64,000 nucleotides of DNA, from the NCBI GenBank assembly GCA_044344255.1, contig JBIJDH010000016.1, positions 32,001-96,000 of the forward strand, given 5' to 3'. Position 1 is the first letter of the stretch, and each line of letters begins with the position of its first letter. Of this stretch, positions 40,380 to 49,475 are shown one piece after another. Source of the DNA: Myxococcota bacterium (lineage in GTDB: Bacteria; Myxococcota_A; UBA796; UBA2385). The notes beneath the pieces were generated by a model that searched no databases, was not told the origin of the DNA, and saw only the letters and a list, made by a program, of their open reading frames with translations. Both the position numbers and the translations under genes were made by a program.

Positions 40380-40745
40380 TCAGCGCTTGTCCTTGTCCTC
40401 CGGCGGCCAGGCCGGGTCTCCCGCCGCGGTGTGCACCCGCTCCTCTACGGCGGCGAGCCCAGCCTGCAGCTTGGTGTTGCGCTCATCGATCTGCTGCATC
40501 AAGGCGCGCATCTTGGCGATCTCCGCCTCGCGGGTGGAGGTGCCGGCCGTGACCTGGCGGCGGGACTCGTCGATCAGGCTCGTGAGCTCGGCGGAGAGGC
40601 GCTCGATCTCCGCCGCCTCCTTCGCCAGCTCGCCCACCTGGGCAGCCTCCTGGGCCGAGGCGGAGCCGGGGGTGGCGGGGGCGTCGCTGCCCACGGAGCA
40701 AGCCACGGAGAGCAGCGAGGAGAGGAGCAGGGGGACGAGCAGCAT
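40380..40745 (-). CDS. Small coiled-coil lipoprotein
   Basis: Lipobox SVAC, heptad-rich helix and biased codon use. Confidence 0.75.
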   Translation of the reverse strand: MLLVPLLLSSLLSVACSVGSDAPATPGSASAQEAAQVGELAKEAAEIERLSAELTSLIDESRRQVTAGTSTREAEIAKMRALMQQIDERNTKLQAGLAAVEERVHTAAGDPAWPPEDKDKR

Positions 40746-40820
40746 GGCGGCACGTTATCTCCGCCCGCCGCCGGCCGGGAGGTCGGCCTGGACCGACCCC
40801 GCGCTGAACGGAGCCGCCCC

Positions 40821-41657
40821 GTGACCGACCCCCGCGCCGCCGCGACGGACCGCTCTGCCGACTGTTCACGCTGTATCGGCTTGTGTTGTGTGGCCCCCGC
40901 CTTCTCCCGCTCGGCGGACTTCGCCCTCGACAAGCCGGCCGGCCGGCCCTGCCCGAAGCTCGGCCTCGATCACCGCTGCACCATCCACGAGCGCCTGCGG
41001 GCCTCGGGCTTCTCCGGCTGCGTGGCCTACGACTGCTTCGGAGCAGGGCAGCGCGTGACCGAGGGGCCCGGCGCCGGCCTCGACTGGCGGCGCTCGGCGG
41101 CGGAGGGGCTCCGGCTCTTCGAGGTCTTTCACGCGATGCGCGGGCTGCACGAGCTGCGCTGGCACCTCGAAGAGGCCCTGACCGTCGATGTAGGCGACGA
41201 CGGGCTCGCCAGCCGCGCCGCGCTCGAGGCGGCCGCCGCGGAGGTGGAGGGAGCGGCCTGTGGCTCGGTCGAGGCGCTGCTCGCCCTTGATGTCCAGCCC
41301 CTCCGCCAGCGGGTGAGCGCGCTGCTGCAGCGTTACAGCGCGGCCCGTCGGGGGCCTGTGCCGGGGCCGGATCGGAGCCGGGCCTCCCTCCTCGGCGCGC
41401 GGCTGAGGCGGGCCGATCTGCGCGGGGCCAGCCTCTTCGCGGCCTGCCTCGTGGGCGCCGACCTTCGCGGGGCGGACCTGCGGGGGGCCGACCTTCGCGG
41501 GGCGGATCTGCGGGGGGCCGACCTGGCGGGCGCCGATCTGCGGGGCGCCCTGTTCCTTACGCAGAGCCAGCTCGAGTCTGCCCGTGGAGACCGGGCGACC
41601 CGGCTCCCCGAGGCGCGCCGCCCACCCGCCGCCTGGCTCGGCCCCGAGGCGCGATAG
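40821..41657 (+). CDS. Pentapeptide-repeat protein with Cys-rich N-terminal domain
   Basis: ADCSRCIGLCC...PC..L....RC.IH...GC..YDCFGAGQ followed by (ADLRG)n repeats. GTG start at 40821. Confidence 0.9.
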   Translation: MTDPRAAATDRSADCSRCIGLCCVAPAFSRSADFALDKPAGRPCPKLGLDHRCTIHERLRASGFSGCVAYDCFGAGQRVTEGPGAGLDWRRSAAEGLRLFEVFHAMRGLHELRWHLEEALTVDVGDDGLASRAALEAAAAEVEGAACGSVEALLALDVQPLRQRVSALLQRYSAARRGPVPGPDRSRASLLGARLRRADLRGASLFAACLVGADLRGADLRGADLRGADLRGADLAGADLRGALFLTQSQLESARGDRATRLPEARRPPAAWLGPEAR

Positions 41658-41715
41658 GCCGCCGCAGGCTACGATGCGGGCCCCGAATCGGGCCCCGCGC
41701 CCGCCTGGAGAGCCG

Positions 41716-43296
41716 ATGAACACGCGCCCCCTGATGCTGCTGGTCCTGCTCGCCTGCGGAGGGTCGGCCGACGGGACGAAGTCGGGCAGCGATGGCACCG
41801 ATGGCACCGATGGCACCGACGGTGCCGATGGGGCCGATGGGGCCGACGGCGCCGACGGCGGGTCCGACTCTGGCGAAGAGCTCCCCACCCCAGTCACCCT
41901 CGCCCCCGGGGAGGTCGGCGATCTGGCCGTCTTCGCCGATGGGAGCGTCGGGGTCGAGCTCACCGAGCCCGGCGAGTACATCGTCATCCTCGTGTCCCAA
42001 GCGGAGGGCATGGGAGACCTCTACGGCTACGGCGCCGCGGCCGCGGCCGCGGCGGTCCACACCCCCTCCGATCCGCTGCCGCTGCCCCCCTCCGCCGACC
42101 GGCCGCCCAGCAGCGCCCTCGTCGCGGAGGGGGACACCCGCACCTTCTCGGTCTGGAACGGCAGCGCGAGCGTCGAGATCGAGGCCGTCGCGACGCAGGT
42201 CACAGACCTCGTCGTCTTCTGGGAAGATCAGACCACCCCGAACGAGATCGGCGCGGTCGATCCCGAGGTGGTGGCCGGCGTCATCGACAACTTCACCCAG
42301 ATCGTCGTGCCGCGGGAGCGCCAGATCTTCGGTGAAGAGTCAGACGTAGACGAAGACGCACGTATCCATATGCTGCTCAGCTACACGGTGAACCAGTACG
42401 GTGTGGTCGCCTACGTGACCTCGTGTGACATCGGCGCCACCGTCGGCTGTGGCGGCTCGGGCAACGACGGGGAGATCATCTACATGGGGGTCCCCGACCC
42501 CGAGAGCTCCTACAGCACGGCCTCGGCGATCTCGGAGCTCGTGGCCCACGAGCTCAACCACCTCATCTACGGCTGGCACAAGTACATCGTCCAGGAGCGG
42601 CCGAACGAGCGGGAGAACATCTACCTCACCGAGGGGATGAGCGCGCTCGCCCAAGACCTGACCGGTTACAATAATGGGAATCAGTACGTCTGGGCGGCCG
42701 CGATCGACGCCACCGAGTACCTCGGCCCCGACGCCAGCATCGACAGCGTAAGCGTGAACGACTTTCTCCGCGGCGAGACCTACTACGACGCCGATCGGGA
42801 CGGCTCGCTGCGCGGGGGCGCCTACCTCTACCTCCGCTACCTCTTCGAGCAGGCGGGGGGGATGACCGTCGGCAGCGACGGCACCCTCACCGACGCCGGC
42901 GGGATGGCCTGGCTGCATGACTGGTTCGACCAGGCGGCGCTCGGCGAAGAGACCGTGCTCGCCACCACCGGCCGCGAGATCGCCGACATCAACCTCGACT
43001 GGTACACGGCGCTGGTCGTGACCGGTCGGGTGGAGAACAGCAACCCGGCCTGGAACTTCGAGGCGCGGGTGGCCGATCCGATCACCGGCTACGAGTTCGG
43101 CGTCGATCCCTACGAGCGCATCCACGGATGGCTGAAGCTGAACGGCCCCCTCGTCCAGGAGCTCGACGCCGCCGACGGCTCGATCCGGGCCGGGGGCGTC
43201 GAGTACCTCTCGGTCAGCCTGTCCGAGGGCGGCGTCCTGGAGATCCCCGTCGACCCGGACGCCGCCGCGGTGGCCCGCGTGCTCCGCGTGGAGTGA
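41716..43296 (+). CDS. Zinc metalloprotease lipoprotein (HExxH gluzincin, M30-like)
   Basis: Lipobox LLAC, DGT/DGA linker, AHELNH followed by LTEG, and FG.ESDVD.D motif. Confidence 0.8.
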   Translation: MNTRPLMLLVLLACGGSADGTKSGSDGTDGTDGTDGADGADGADGADGGSDSGEELPTPVTLAPGEVGDLAVFADGSVGVELTEPGEYIVILVSQAEGMGDLYGYGAAAAAAAVHTPSDPLPLPPSADRPPSSALVAEGDTRTFSVWNGSASVEIEAVATQVTDLVVFWEDQTTPNEIGAVDPEVVAGVIDNFTQIVVPRERQIFGEESDVDEDARIHMLLSYTVNQYGVVAYVTSCDIGATVGCGGSGNDGEIIYMGVPDPESSYSTASAISELVAHELNHLIYGWHKYIVQERPNERENIYLTEGMSALAQDLTGYNNGNQYVWAAAIDATEYLGPDASIDSVSVNDFLRGETYYDADRDGSLRGGAYLYLRYLFEQAGGMTVGSDGTLTDAGGMAWLHDWFDQAALGEETVLATTGREIADINLDWYTALVVTGRVENSNPAWNFEARVADPITGYEFGVDPYERIHGWLKLNGPLVQELDAADGSIRAGGVEYLSVSLSEGGVLEIPVDPDAAAVARVLRVE

Positions 43297-43306
43297 AGGC
43301 CCGCGC

Positions 43307-45901
43307 TCAGTCCTCGCGCCAGCGGAGGAGGCGGAGGCCGTTGAAGACCACCACGAGGGTGCTGCCCTCGTGGAGGACCACGGCCTCGCTGATCTCCACC
43401 CAGCCCATCACGCTGGCCAGCACGAGCAGCGCGCTCACGCCGATCGCGATGCTCAAGTTCTGACGCACCACGCGCCGCGTGGCCTGGGCGAGCGAGACGG
43501 CGAAGGGCAACCGGCTGAGGTTGTCGGCCATCAGCACCACGTCGGCCGTCTCGAGGGCGACGTCGGAGCCTGCGCCGCCGAGGCTGATGCCGACGGTCGC
43601 GGTGGCCAGGGCGGGGGCGTCGTTCACGCCGTCGCCCACCATCGCCACGCCGCCGCTGCGGGCGAGCTCGCGCACGGCGAGGAGCTTCTCTTCGGGAAGG
43701 AGCGGGGCCCGCACATCGTCGATGCCCACCTTGGCGGCGACGCTCCTCGCCACGATCTCGTGGTCGCCCGAGAGCATCACGACCCGTCGGATGCCGAGGC
43801 CGTGTAAGGCCCGGACGGTGTCCGCCGACTCGCCGCGCAGCGTGTCGGCGACGCCGATGACGCCCAACACCTCGACCCCGGCGGCCACGATCATCGCAGT
43901 GCGGCCGGCCCGCTGCTCGGCCTCGAGCGCGGCGAGCACCACGGGCGGCGGCGGTGGGGCGGCGCCTTCGGCCTGGAAGAGCGCGGGGTTCCCGATCCAC
44001 ACGGGCACCCCGTCGACGACGGCCCGGAGGCCCTTGCCGTGGAGGGCGACGAGGTCTTCGGCGTGGCCGAGCGGGAGCCCGCGGGCGGCGGCCGCGGCGA
44101 CGACCGCCCGGGCGAGCGGGTGCCCGGAGAGGCCCTCCGCGGCGGCGGCGGTGGCGAGGAGCCGCGCCTCCGAGACGCCGGGGGCGGGCACCACGCCCTG
44201 CACGGTGGGCTTGTTCTCGGTGAGGGTGCCCGTCTTGTCGAAGGCGACGACGCGGAGCTTGCCGAGGGCGTCGAGGTGGGTGCCCCCCTTGACCAACACG
44301 CCGCCGCGGGCCGCCCGCGCCACGGCCGACAGCACCGCGGCGGGCGTGGAGATGGCGAGCGCGCAGGGCGAAGCGGCGACGAGCAGCGAGAGGCCCCGCA
44401 GCACGGAGTCCTGGAGGGGGTGTCCGGAGGCCAGCAGGCCGAGCGTGAACAGGGGGGCGCCGACGAGCACGATCGGCACGAAGATCCGCTCCACCCGGGT
44501 GGCAAAGCGTTGGGCCGGCCCCTTACGGGCCTCGGCGGCGGTGACGAGGTCGACCAGCCGCGCCAGCGTGGACGAGGAGGCGGCGCGGGTGACGCCCACC
44601 TCGAGCGTGCCCTCCTGGTTGACGGTGCCGGCGTAGACGGTCTCCCCCTTCGACTTCGGCACGGGGACGGACTCTCCGGTGACGGCGGACTGATCCACCG
44701 AGCTCTGCCCGTCCTTGACGACACCGTCGAGGGCGATCCGATCTCCGGGGCGCACCACCAGCGTGGCCCCCGGGGAGACCTCAGCCACCGGCACCTCGAC
44801 GATGTCGCCGCCCCGCCGCACCCGCGCCGTCTCGGGTCGCAGGCGGGCCAGGGCCTCGACGGCGGTGCGGGCGCGGTCGGTCGCCCGGTGCTCGAGGGCG
44901 TGGCCGAAGCTGAAGAGGAAGAGCAGGAAGGCGCCTTCGAACCAGGCACCGAGGGCCGCCGCGCCGACCGCGGCGAGCACCATCAGGGACTCGATGTCCG
45001 CCTTGCCCGCCCGCAGCGCGCCGATGGCCCCTCGAGTGGCCTGATAGCCGCCGGTGAGCAGGGCGAGCACGTAGAGCCCGTTGAGCGGCCAGCCCGGCGC
45101 GACGAGCCCCGACCACTCGAGCCCGAGGCCGACCGCGATCGAGGCGCCGGAGATGGCCACGAGGGCGCTGGCGCTGCGCGGCGAGAGGCCCCCGCCGTGG
45201 GCGTGCATCGAGCAGGCGTGCCCGGCCGAGGGCTCCTCGAGGCTGTAGCCAATGGCAGACACCCGCTTCTCGATCGCTCGCTCGCTCGTGAGCTCGGCGT
45301 CGTACTCGACCACGAGTCGCTCGGCGGCGTAGGCCACCTCGCCGGTGAGCACCCCCTCCATGCGGCTCAGCGCGTGCTCGATGAGCTCGCCGCACTGGGG
45401 GCTGTCCATCCCCACCACGAACCACGTCTTCAGGCGGAACTGGAGGGCGGTCTGCTTGCACACCCGCTCGAGCACCGGGACGAGGCCCTCGGGGCTGTAG
45501 ACGGCTGGATCGTAGACGACCTCGAGCTCCCGCTCGGCGCCGGCGCGTACGCTCACCCCGAGCAGCCCCGGCGTGCGGAGCAGGTTGCGGCGGAGCTCCG
45601 CGAAGCGGCCGGCCTCATCGGTCTCGCCGGGCAGCACATCATCGAGGCGGAGCTGGACCGCGGGCCGGCCGTCGGCGGCGGGCTCGAAGGAGGGGGCGCG
45701 CGGCGGTCGCGCGGGGTCGTGTCCGTGCCCGTGTCCGTGCCCGTGCCCGTGGTCGTGCCCGTGCCCGTGGTCGTGCCCGCAGCCGGCGGCTTGGGTGTAG
45801 CCGATCTTGGCGGGCTGCGCGGAGACCTTGAAGCCCCCGAGGGCCTGGATGTCGACCTTCGCCCCCGTCGGGCGGAGGGAGAGCTTGGGCGACGCGGCCA
45901 T
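43307..45901 (-). CDS. Heavy-metal P1B-type ATPase (SPC/HEGS type, P1B-4-like; Zn/Co/Cd)
   Basis: TGES, AASPCAL, DKTGT, HP, GDGVNDAPAL and HEGST motifs. His-Gly-rich N-terminus and a degenerate HMA domain (GMDSPQC). Confidence 0.95.
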   Translation of the reverse strand: MAASPKLSLRPTGAKVDIQALGGFKVSAQPAKIGYTQAAGCGHDHGHGHDHGHGHGHGHGHDPARPPRAPSFEPAADGRPAVQLRLDDVLPGETDEAGRFAELRRNLLRTPGLLGVSVRAGAERELEVVYDPAVYSPEGLVPVLERVCKQTALQFRLKTWFVVGMDSPQCGELIEHALSRMEGVLTGEVAYAAERLVVEYDAELTSERAIEKRVSAIGYSLEEPSAGHACSMHAHGGGLSPRSASALVAISGASIAVGLGLEWSGLVAPGWPLNGLYVLALLTGGYQATRGAIGALRAGKADIESLMVLAAVGAAALGAWFEGAFLLFLFSFGHALEHRATDRARTAVEALARLRPETARVRRGGDIVEVPVAEVSPGATLVVRPGDRIALDGVVKDGQSSVDQSAVTGESVPVPKSKGETVYAGTVNQEGTLEVGVTRAASSSTLARLVDLVTAAEARKGPAQRFATRVERIFVPIVLVGAPLFTLGLLASGHPLQDSVLRGLSLLVAASPCALAISTPAAVLSAVARAARGGVLVKGGTHLDALGKLRVVAFDKTGTLTENKPTVQGVVPAPGVSEARLLATAAAAEGLSGHPLARAVVAAAAARGLPLGHAEDLVALHGKGLRAVVDGVPVWIGNPALFQAEGAAPPPPPVVLAALEAEQRAGRTAMIVAAGVEVLGVIGVADTLRGESADTVRALHGLGIRRVVMLSGDHEIVARSVAAKVGIDDVRAPLLPEEKLLAVRELARSGGVAMVGDGVNDAPALATATVGISLGGAGSDVALETADVVLMADNLSRLPFAVSLAQATRRVVRQNLSIAIGVSALLVLASVMGWVEISEAVVLHEGSTLVVVFNGLRLLRWRED

Positions 45902-45961
45902 CGGGGCTCCTGAGGCTGTGCGAGGGGAGGCGGTGGGTCGACTCGGGCCGCTACAGCGGGC

Positions 45962-47005
45962 TCAGTGGCCGTGGCGGTCGCGCTTTCGCGGGGCCCAGGC
46001 CGGGGCTGGCGGGGGCTCGGCGGCGTGGTCGCCGTCCTCGGCGTGGTCCTCACCCTCCTCGTGGTCTTCGTCTTCGTCGTGGTCTTCGTCGGGGAGGGGC
46101 TGCGTGTATCGCTCTCCGTTCACCTCGAGGGTGAAGGCGGTCGCCCCTTCGGGCAGGTCGAACTCGAGCACCGCGGGGAGCCGCTCTTCGTAGCGCATCA
46201 CCACCGTGCCCTTGTCGTCGAGAACGAGGCCCGAGCCGGCGACGGTCATGGTGCCATCGACGAGGACGGCGACCAGATCGGCCATCTCCTCCATGCGGTC
46301 GGCCACGCGGTGGCACCACAGGTGGCCCACCCCCGGGTACTCATCGTGACAGATGGCCTCCATCTGCTCTTCGTCCACCTTGGCGCCGACGCCCACGAGG
46401 ACGAAGTTCACGCGCGGCATCCGCCCGCTCGTCATCTCCCGCGCCACCTGGGCCGAGTAGGCCTTGACGTCGTCGGGGTCATAGAGCTGAGAGTCGGTGA
46501 TGAAGACGGCGAGGCCCTGTCGGGCTCCCTTCGGCACGTTGTCGCGGAAGTAGGTGATGAAGTCGCGGATGGCGGGGAGCAGCACCGTCCCCTTCCCGTA
46601 GGCCTTCGGCCCGGGGAACTTGTAGGTCGCGGCCTCGGGGGCGGTGAGCTCGCCCAAGACCTCGAGCTGGGCGCCGTCGCCGGTGGCCCAGTAGGCCGTC
46701 CGCACCTTGCTGTTCCGGTCTTTCCCAGCGAGGTACTCGAGCATCCAGCGCATCTGCGGCTCGACGGCGTTCTTCACGCCGCCGAGCTTGGCGAGCACCC
46801 CCCGAGGCCCGTACTCGGGCTCCATGCTGGCCGAGCCGTCCATGTACAGCGCGACGTCGAGCCCCTCCACGTTGGGATCGTGGAGGAGGGTGGCCACGAC
46901 GTGGTTGCCCTTCCGATGCACATCGGAGAAGGGGCGGACGATGACCTCATGTTTGTGCGACAAGGCGCGCCTCGGGCTCGGTGGGAGGCTCAGGGGGGAG
47001 CTCAC
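45962..47005 (-). CDS. vWA-domain protein with acidic/His-rich tail (paralog 2); start uncertain
   Basis: MIDAS motif DGSASM, T, and FITD. Tail DEDHDEDEDHEEGEDH...RHGH. Confidence 0.85.
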   Translation of the reverse strand: MSSPLSLPPSPRRALSHKHEVIVRPFSDVHRKGNHVVATLLHDPNVEGLDVALYMDGSASMEPEYGPRGVLAKLGGVKNAVEPQMRWMLEYLAGKDRNSKVRTAYWATGDGAQLEVLGELTAPEAATYKFPGPKAYGKGTVLLPAIRDFITYFRDNVPKGARQGLAVFITDSQLYDPDDVKAYSAQVAREMTSGRMPRVNFVLVGVGAKVDEEQMEAICHDEYPGVGHLWCHRVADRMEEMADLVAVLVDGTMTVAGSGLVLDDKGTVVMRYEERLPAVLEFDLPEGATAFTLEVNGERYTQPLPDEDHDEDEDHEEGEDHAEDGDHAAEPPPAPAWAPRKRDRHGH

Positions 47006-47062
47006 GGGGGGAGTTCACGGGCGGAAGTTCGAGGTAGAGGAGACTGACGCGGGCGAGGCCGA

Positions 47063-48028
47063 TCAGTGGTGGTCTTCGTCCTCGTCTTCGTCGTCGTGGT
47101 GCCGCTCGGAGGGCAGGGGCTGAGTGTAACGCTGACCGCCCACCTCGAGCGTGAAGCTCTTCGTGTCGTCGGTGATCGGGAACTCGAGCACGGCGGGGAG
47201 GCGGCCCTCGTAACGACGGAGGACGTTGCCCTTGTCGTCGTAGATGGTGCCGCCGTCTCCGACGGTCATCGTCTCGTCGACCAGCACGGCCACGAGCTCG
47301 GCGAGCTGCTTGATCTCTTCGGCGATGCGGTGGCACCAGAGGTGGCCGACCCCGGGGTACTCCTCGTGGCAGACCTCCTCGAGCTGCTCCTCGTTGACCT
47401 GGTCTCCCACGCCGACGAGGATGAAGTTCACGCGGGGGAGCTTCCCAGAGGCGATCTGGGCGGCCACCTGGGCGGAGAGCTCCTTGACGCCGTCGGCGTC
47501 GTGGAGCTGGCCGTCGGTGATGAAGACCGCGCAGCCCTGGCGCGCGCCGGTCGCGACCTGGCCTCGGAAGTAGGACAGGAAGTCCTTGATCGCGGGCACG
47601 AGGCGGGTCTGGTTGCCGTACTTCTTCGGGCCGGTGAATTGGTAGGTCTTGCCCTGCTCACCGGTCATCTCGTCGATCATCTCGACCTCGGCGCCGCCCG
47701 TGCCGGTCGCCCAGTAGGCGACCCGCAGCTTGCCGTTGCGGTCCTTGTTGGCGAGGTAGTCGAGCATCCAGCGGGCCTGCGGCTCGACCTGGTTGGGGCG
47801 GACCTCAGTGGTGGGGGCCTGCCCGATGCCGAAGAGGCCCCAGAGCAGCCCGCCGCCGCGGCTGACGACCTCCCGCTCGTACTCGTCCTTCATGCTCCCC
47901 GAACCGTCCAGGTAGAGCGCCATGTCGAGGCCCTCCACAGTGGGGTCGTGCAAGAGCACGGCGCGGACGTGGTCGCCTTCGACGTGCAGATCAGAGAAGG
48001 GCTCTACGGGGCGTTCATGGTCGGACAT
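47063..48028 (-). CDS. vWA-domain protein with acidic/His-rich tail (paralog 1)
   Basis: MIDAS motif DGSGSM and FITDG. Clear full-length paralog of the next gene (shared CH.EYPGVGHLWCHR). Tail RHHDDEDEDEDHH. Confidence 0.88.
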   Translation of the reverse strand: MSDHERPVEPFSDLHVEGDHVRAVLLHDPTVEGLDMALYLDGSGSMKDEYEREVVSRGGGLLWGLFGIGQAPTTEVRPNQVEPQARWMLDYLANKDRNGKLRVAYWATGTGGAEVEMIDEMTGEQGKTYQFTGPKKYGNQTRLVPAIKDFLSYFRGQVATGARQGCAVFITDGQLHDADGVKELSAQVAAQIASGKLPRVNFILVGVGDQVNEEQLEEVCHEEYPGVGHLWCHRIAEEIKQLAELVAVLVDETMTVGDGGTIYDDKGNVLRRYEGRLPAVLEFPITDDTKSFTLEVGGQRYTQPLPSERHHDDEDEDEDHH

Positions 48029-48080
48029 TGACAGCTCCTGGGGGAAGGGTGGGCGGGCCTCGAGGGCGGCCCCGAGCGGG

Positions 48081-49352
48081 TCACTTGAAGTCCTTCATCC
48101 AGTCGGGAGGCGCGCCGCCGGCCCGATTGGGAGACGAGGGCTTATCCGGCTTTGGTTTCGGGCTCGCTTTCGGCGACTTGGCGCGCGGGGCCCCACCGCC
48201 GAAGTCGCGCATCCAGTCTTGGGGATCGGCCGGTCCACCCACACCTCCCGCAGCGGGCGGCTTCGGGGCGGCGACCGCGGGGGGCGCGGAAGGCGCGGAG
48301 GGGCGCGGGATCCGAGGGGCGGCGGGTGTGGCGGCGTTCACGGGGACCGTGGCGGCCGGGGCCGACCGCGCCCCTCCAACGCGCGTGGCGAGGGCGCGGG
48401 CGCGGTCGTCGGCGGCGGAGGCCGGGAGGGCCGCGAGCGCCGCCTGGACGAGGGCGCGGAACTCGTCCCAGCCTTCGGCTTGGCGCGGCAGGGCCCGGGC
48501 CTCGACGTCGCGCAGCAGCGAGGAGAGGAAGCCGGTGGCGGCGTGCTGGCCGCGCCGGACGAGGCGGGTGCCCTCGACGGCCCAGCCCACCTGGGACAGC
48601 TCCGCCACAGCGGCGGCCTGATCGACCACCGGCAGGATCTGCTTCAGCAGCGGGTGCTCGCGGACGAGGGGGTGGTCCTTCGGCGTGTCCTTCTCGAGGG
48701 CCTTGCGGGCGGCCTCGAGGAGGACGGAGGCCACGTCGGAGCAGCCGAGCTCATTGACGAGCTCGGTGGGGCAGAGCTCGGGGGAGGGGAGCTGCGGGAA
48801 GGCGAGGAGGATCCCCTCTCCTTGGGCGATCACCTCGGGGCGGTCTGCGGCGAGCAGGGCGCTGATGCAGCGGTGGCCCTCGGCGGTGGGCGCCTCTTCG
48901 GGGGTGGCGCGAAAGGCGAGGTCGGAGCCCTCGACCAGGGCCCGCAGCAGCGCGTGGCGGGGGAGGCTGAGCTGACCGCGGGCGACCACCGGGGCCTCGC
49001 TCGGGAAGGGGCCGGTGAGCGTGGCGAGGAGGGCCACGGGCTCGAGGAGATCGGCCATGTGGCCGCGCGGCTCGTCGACCCCGTCGAGCTCGCAGAGCCA
49101 GAGGGCGTCGGTGCGGAGGCGCAGCGGAGGACGCCCCTGCGAGAGCTCGTGGCGAGACACCTGGCGGCGGAGGGCGCTCGGCAGGGACGCGGGGGCTTGG
49201 AGGCGGAGCCCGCCCGCGACGCCGCGGACCACCGCCCACTCCGTGACCACGCCGAGGCCGTCCTCGAGCTCGATGATCGCCGCGACGTGGCCCGGTACGA
49301 GGGTCGTGGGGGCTGGAGCTTCGGTGGTGGCGACGAAGTAACGAGGGAGCAC
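48081..49352 (-). CDS. Hypothetical protein with Pro/Ala linker and two C-terminal DWMxDF motifs
   Basis: GTG at 49352 follows GGAG and lies downstream of a sigma70-like promoter. The ORF-track TTG start at 49415 lies inside the promoter repeat. Confidence 0.7.
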   Translation of the reverse strand: MLPRYFVATTEAPAPTTLVPGHVAAIIELEDGLGVVTEWAVVRGVAGGLRLQAPASLPSALRRQVSRHELSQGRPPLRLRTDALWLCELDGVDEPRGHMADLLEPVALLATLTGPFPSEAPVVARGQLSLPRHALLRALVEGSDLAFRATPEEAPTAEGHRCISALLAADRPEVIAQGEGILLAFPQLPSPELCPTELVNELGCSDVASVLLEAARKALEKDTPKDHPLVREHPLLKQILPVVDQAAAVAELSQVGWAVEGTRLVRRGQHAATGFLSSLLRDVEARALPRQAEGWDEFRALVQAALAALPASAADDRARALATRVGGARSAPAATVPVNAATPAAPRIPRPSAPSAPPAVAAPKPPAAGGVGGPADPQDWMRDFGGGAPRAKSPKASPKPKPDKPSSPNRAGGAPPDWMKDFK

Positions 49353-49375
49353 AGCCGCTCCAGGCGGGGTGGGCG

Positions 49376-49416
49376 AAAGTATCGAGCGCCCCTGGTCTGT
49401 CAAGTGGTCTGTCAAG
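49376..49416 (-). promoter_or_regulatory. sigma70-like promoter overlapped by a perfect 12-bp tandem repeat
   Basis: Minus strand CTTGACAGACCA x2 (49393-49416). TTGACA (49403-49398)-N16-TACTTT (49381-49376). Confidence 0.6.
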
Positions 49417-49475
49417 GCGCCCGAACCGAGCTCCCCTCCCGTTGAAGCGGGCGCTGATCCGTGCCTGCCGGGCCG

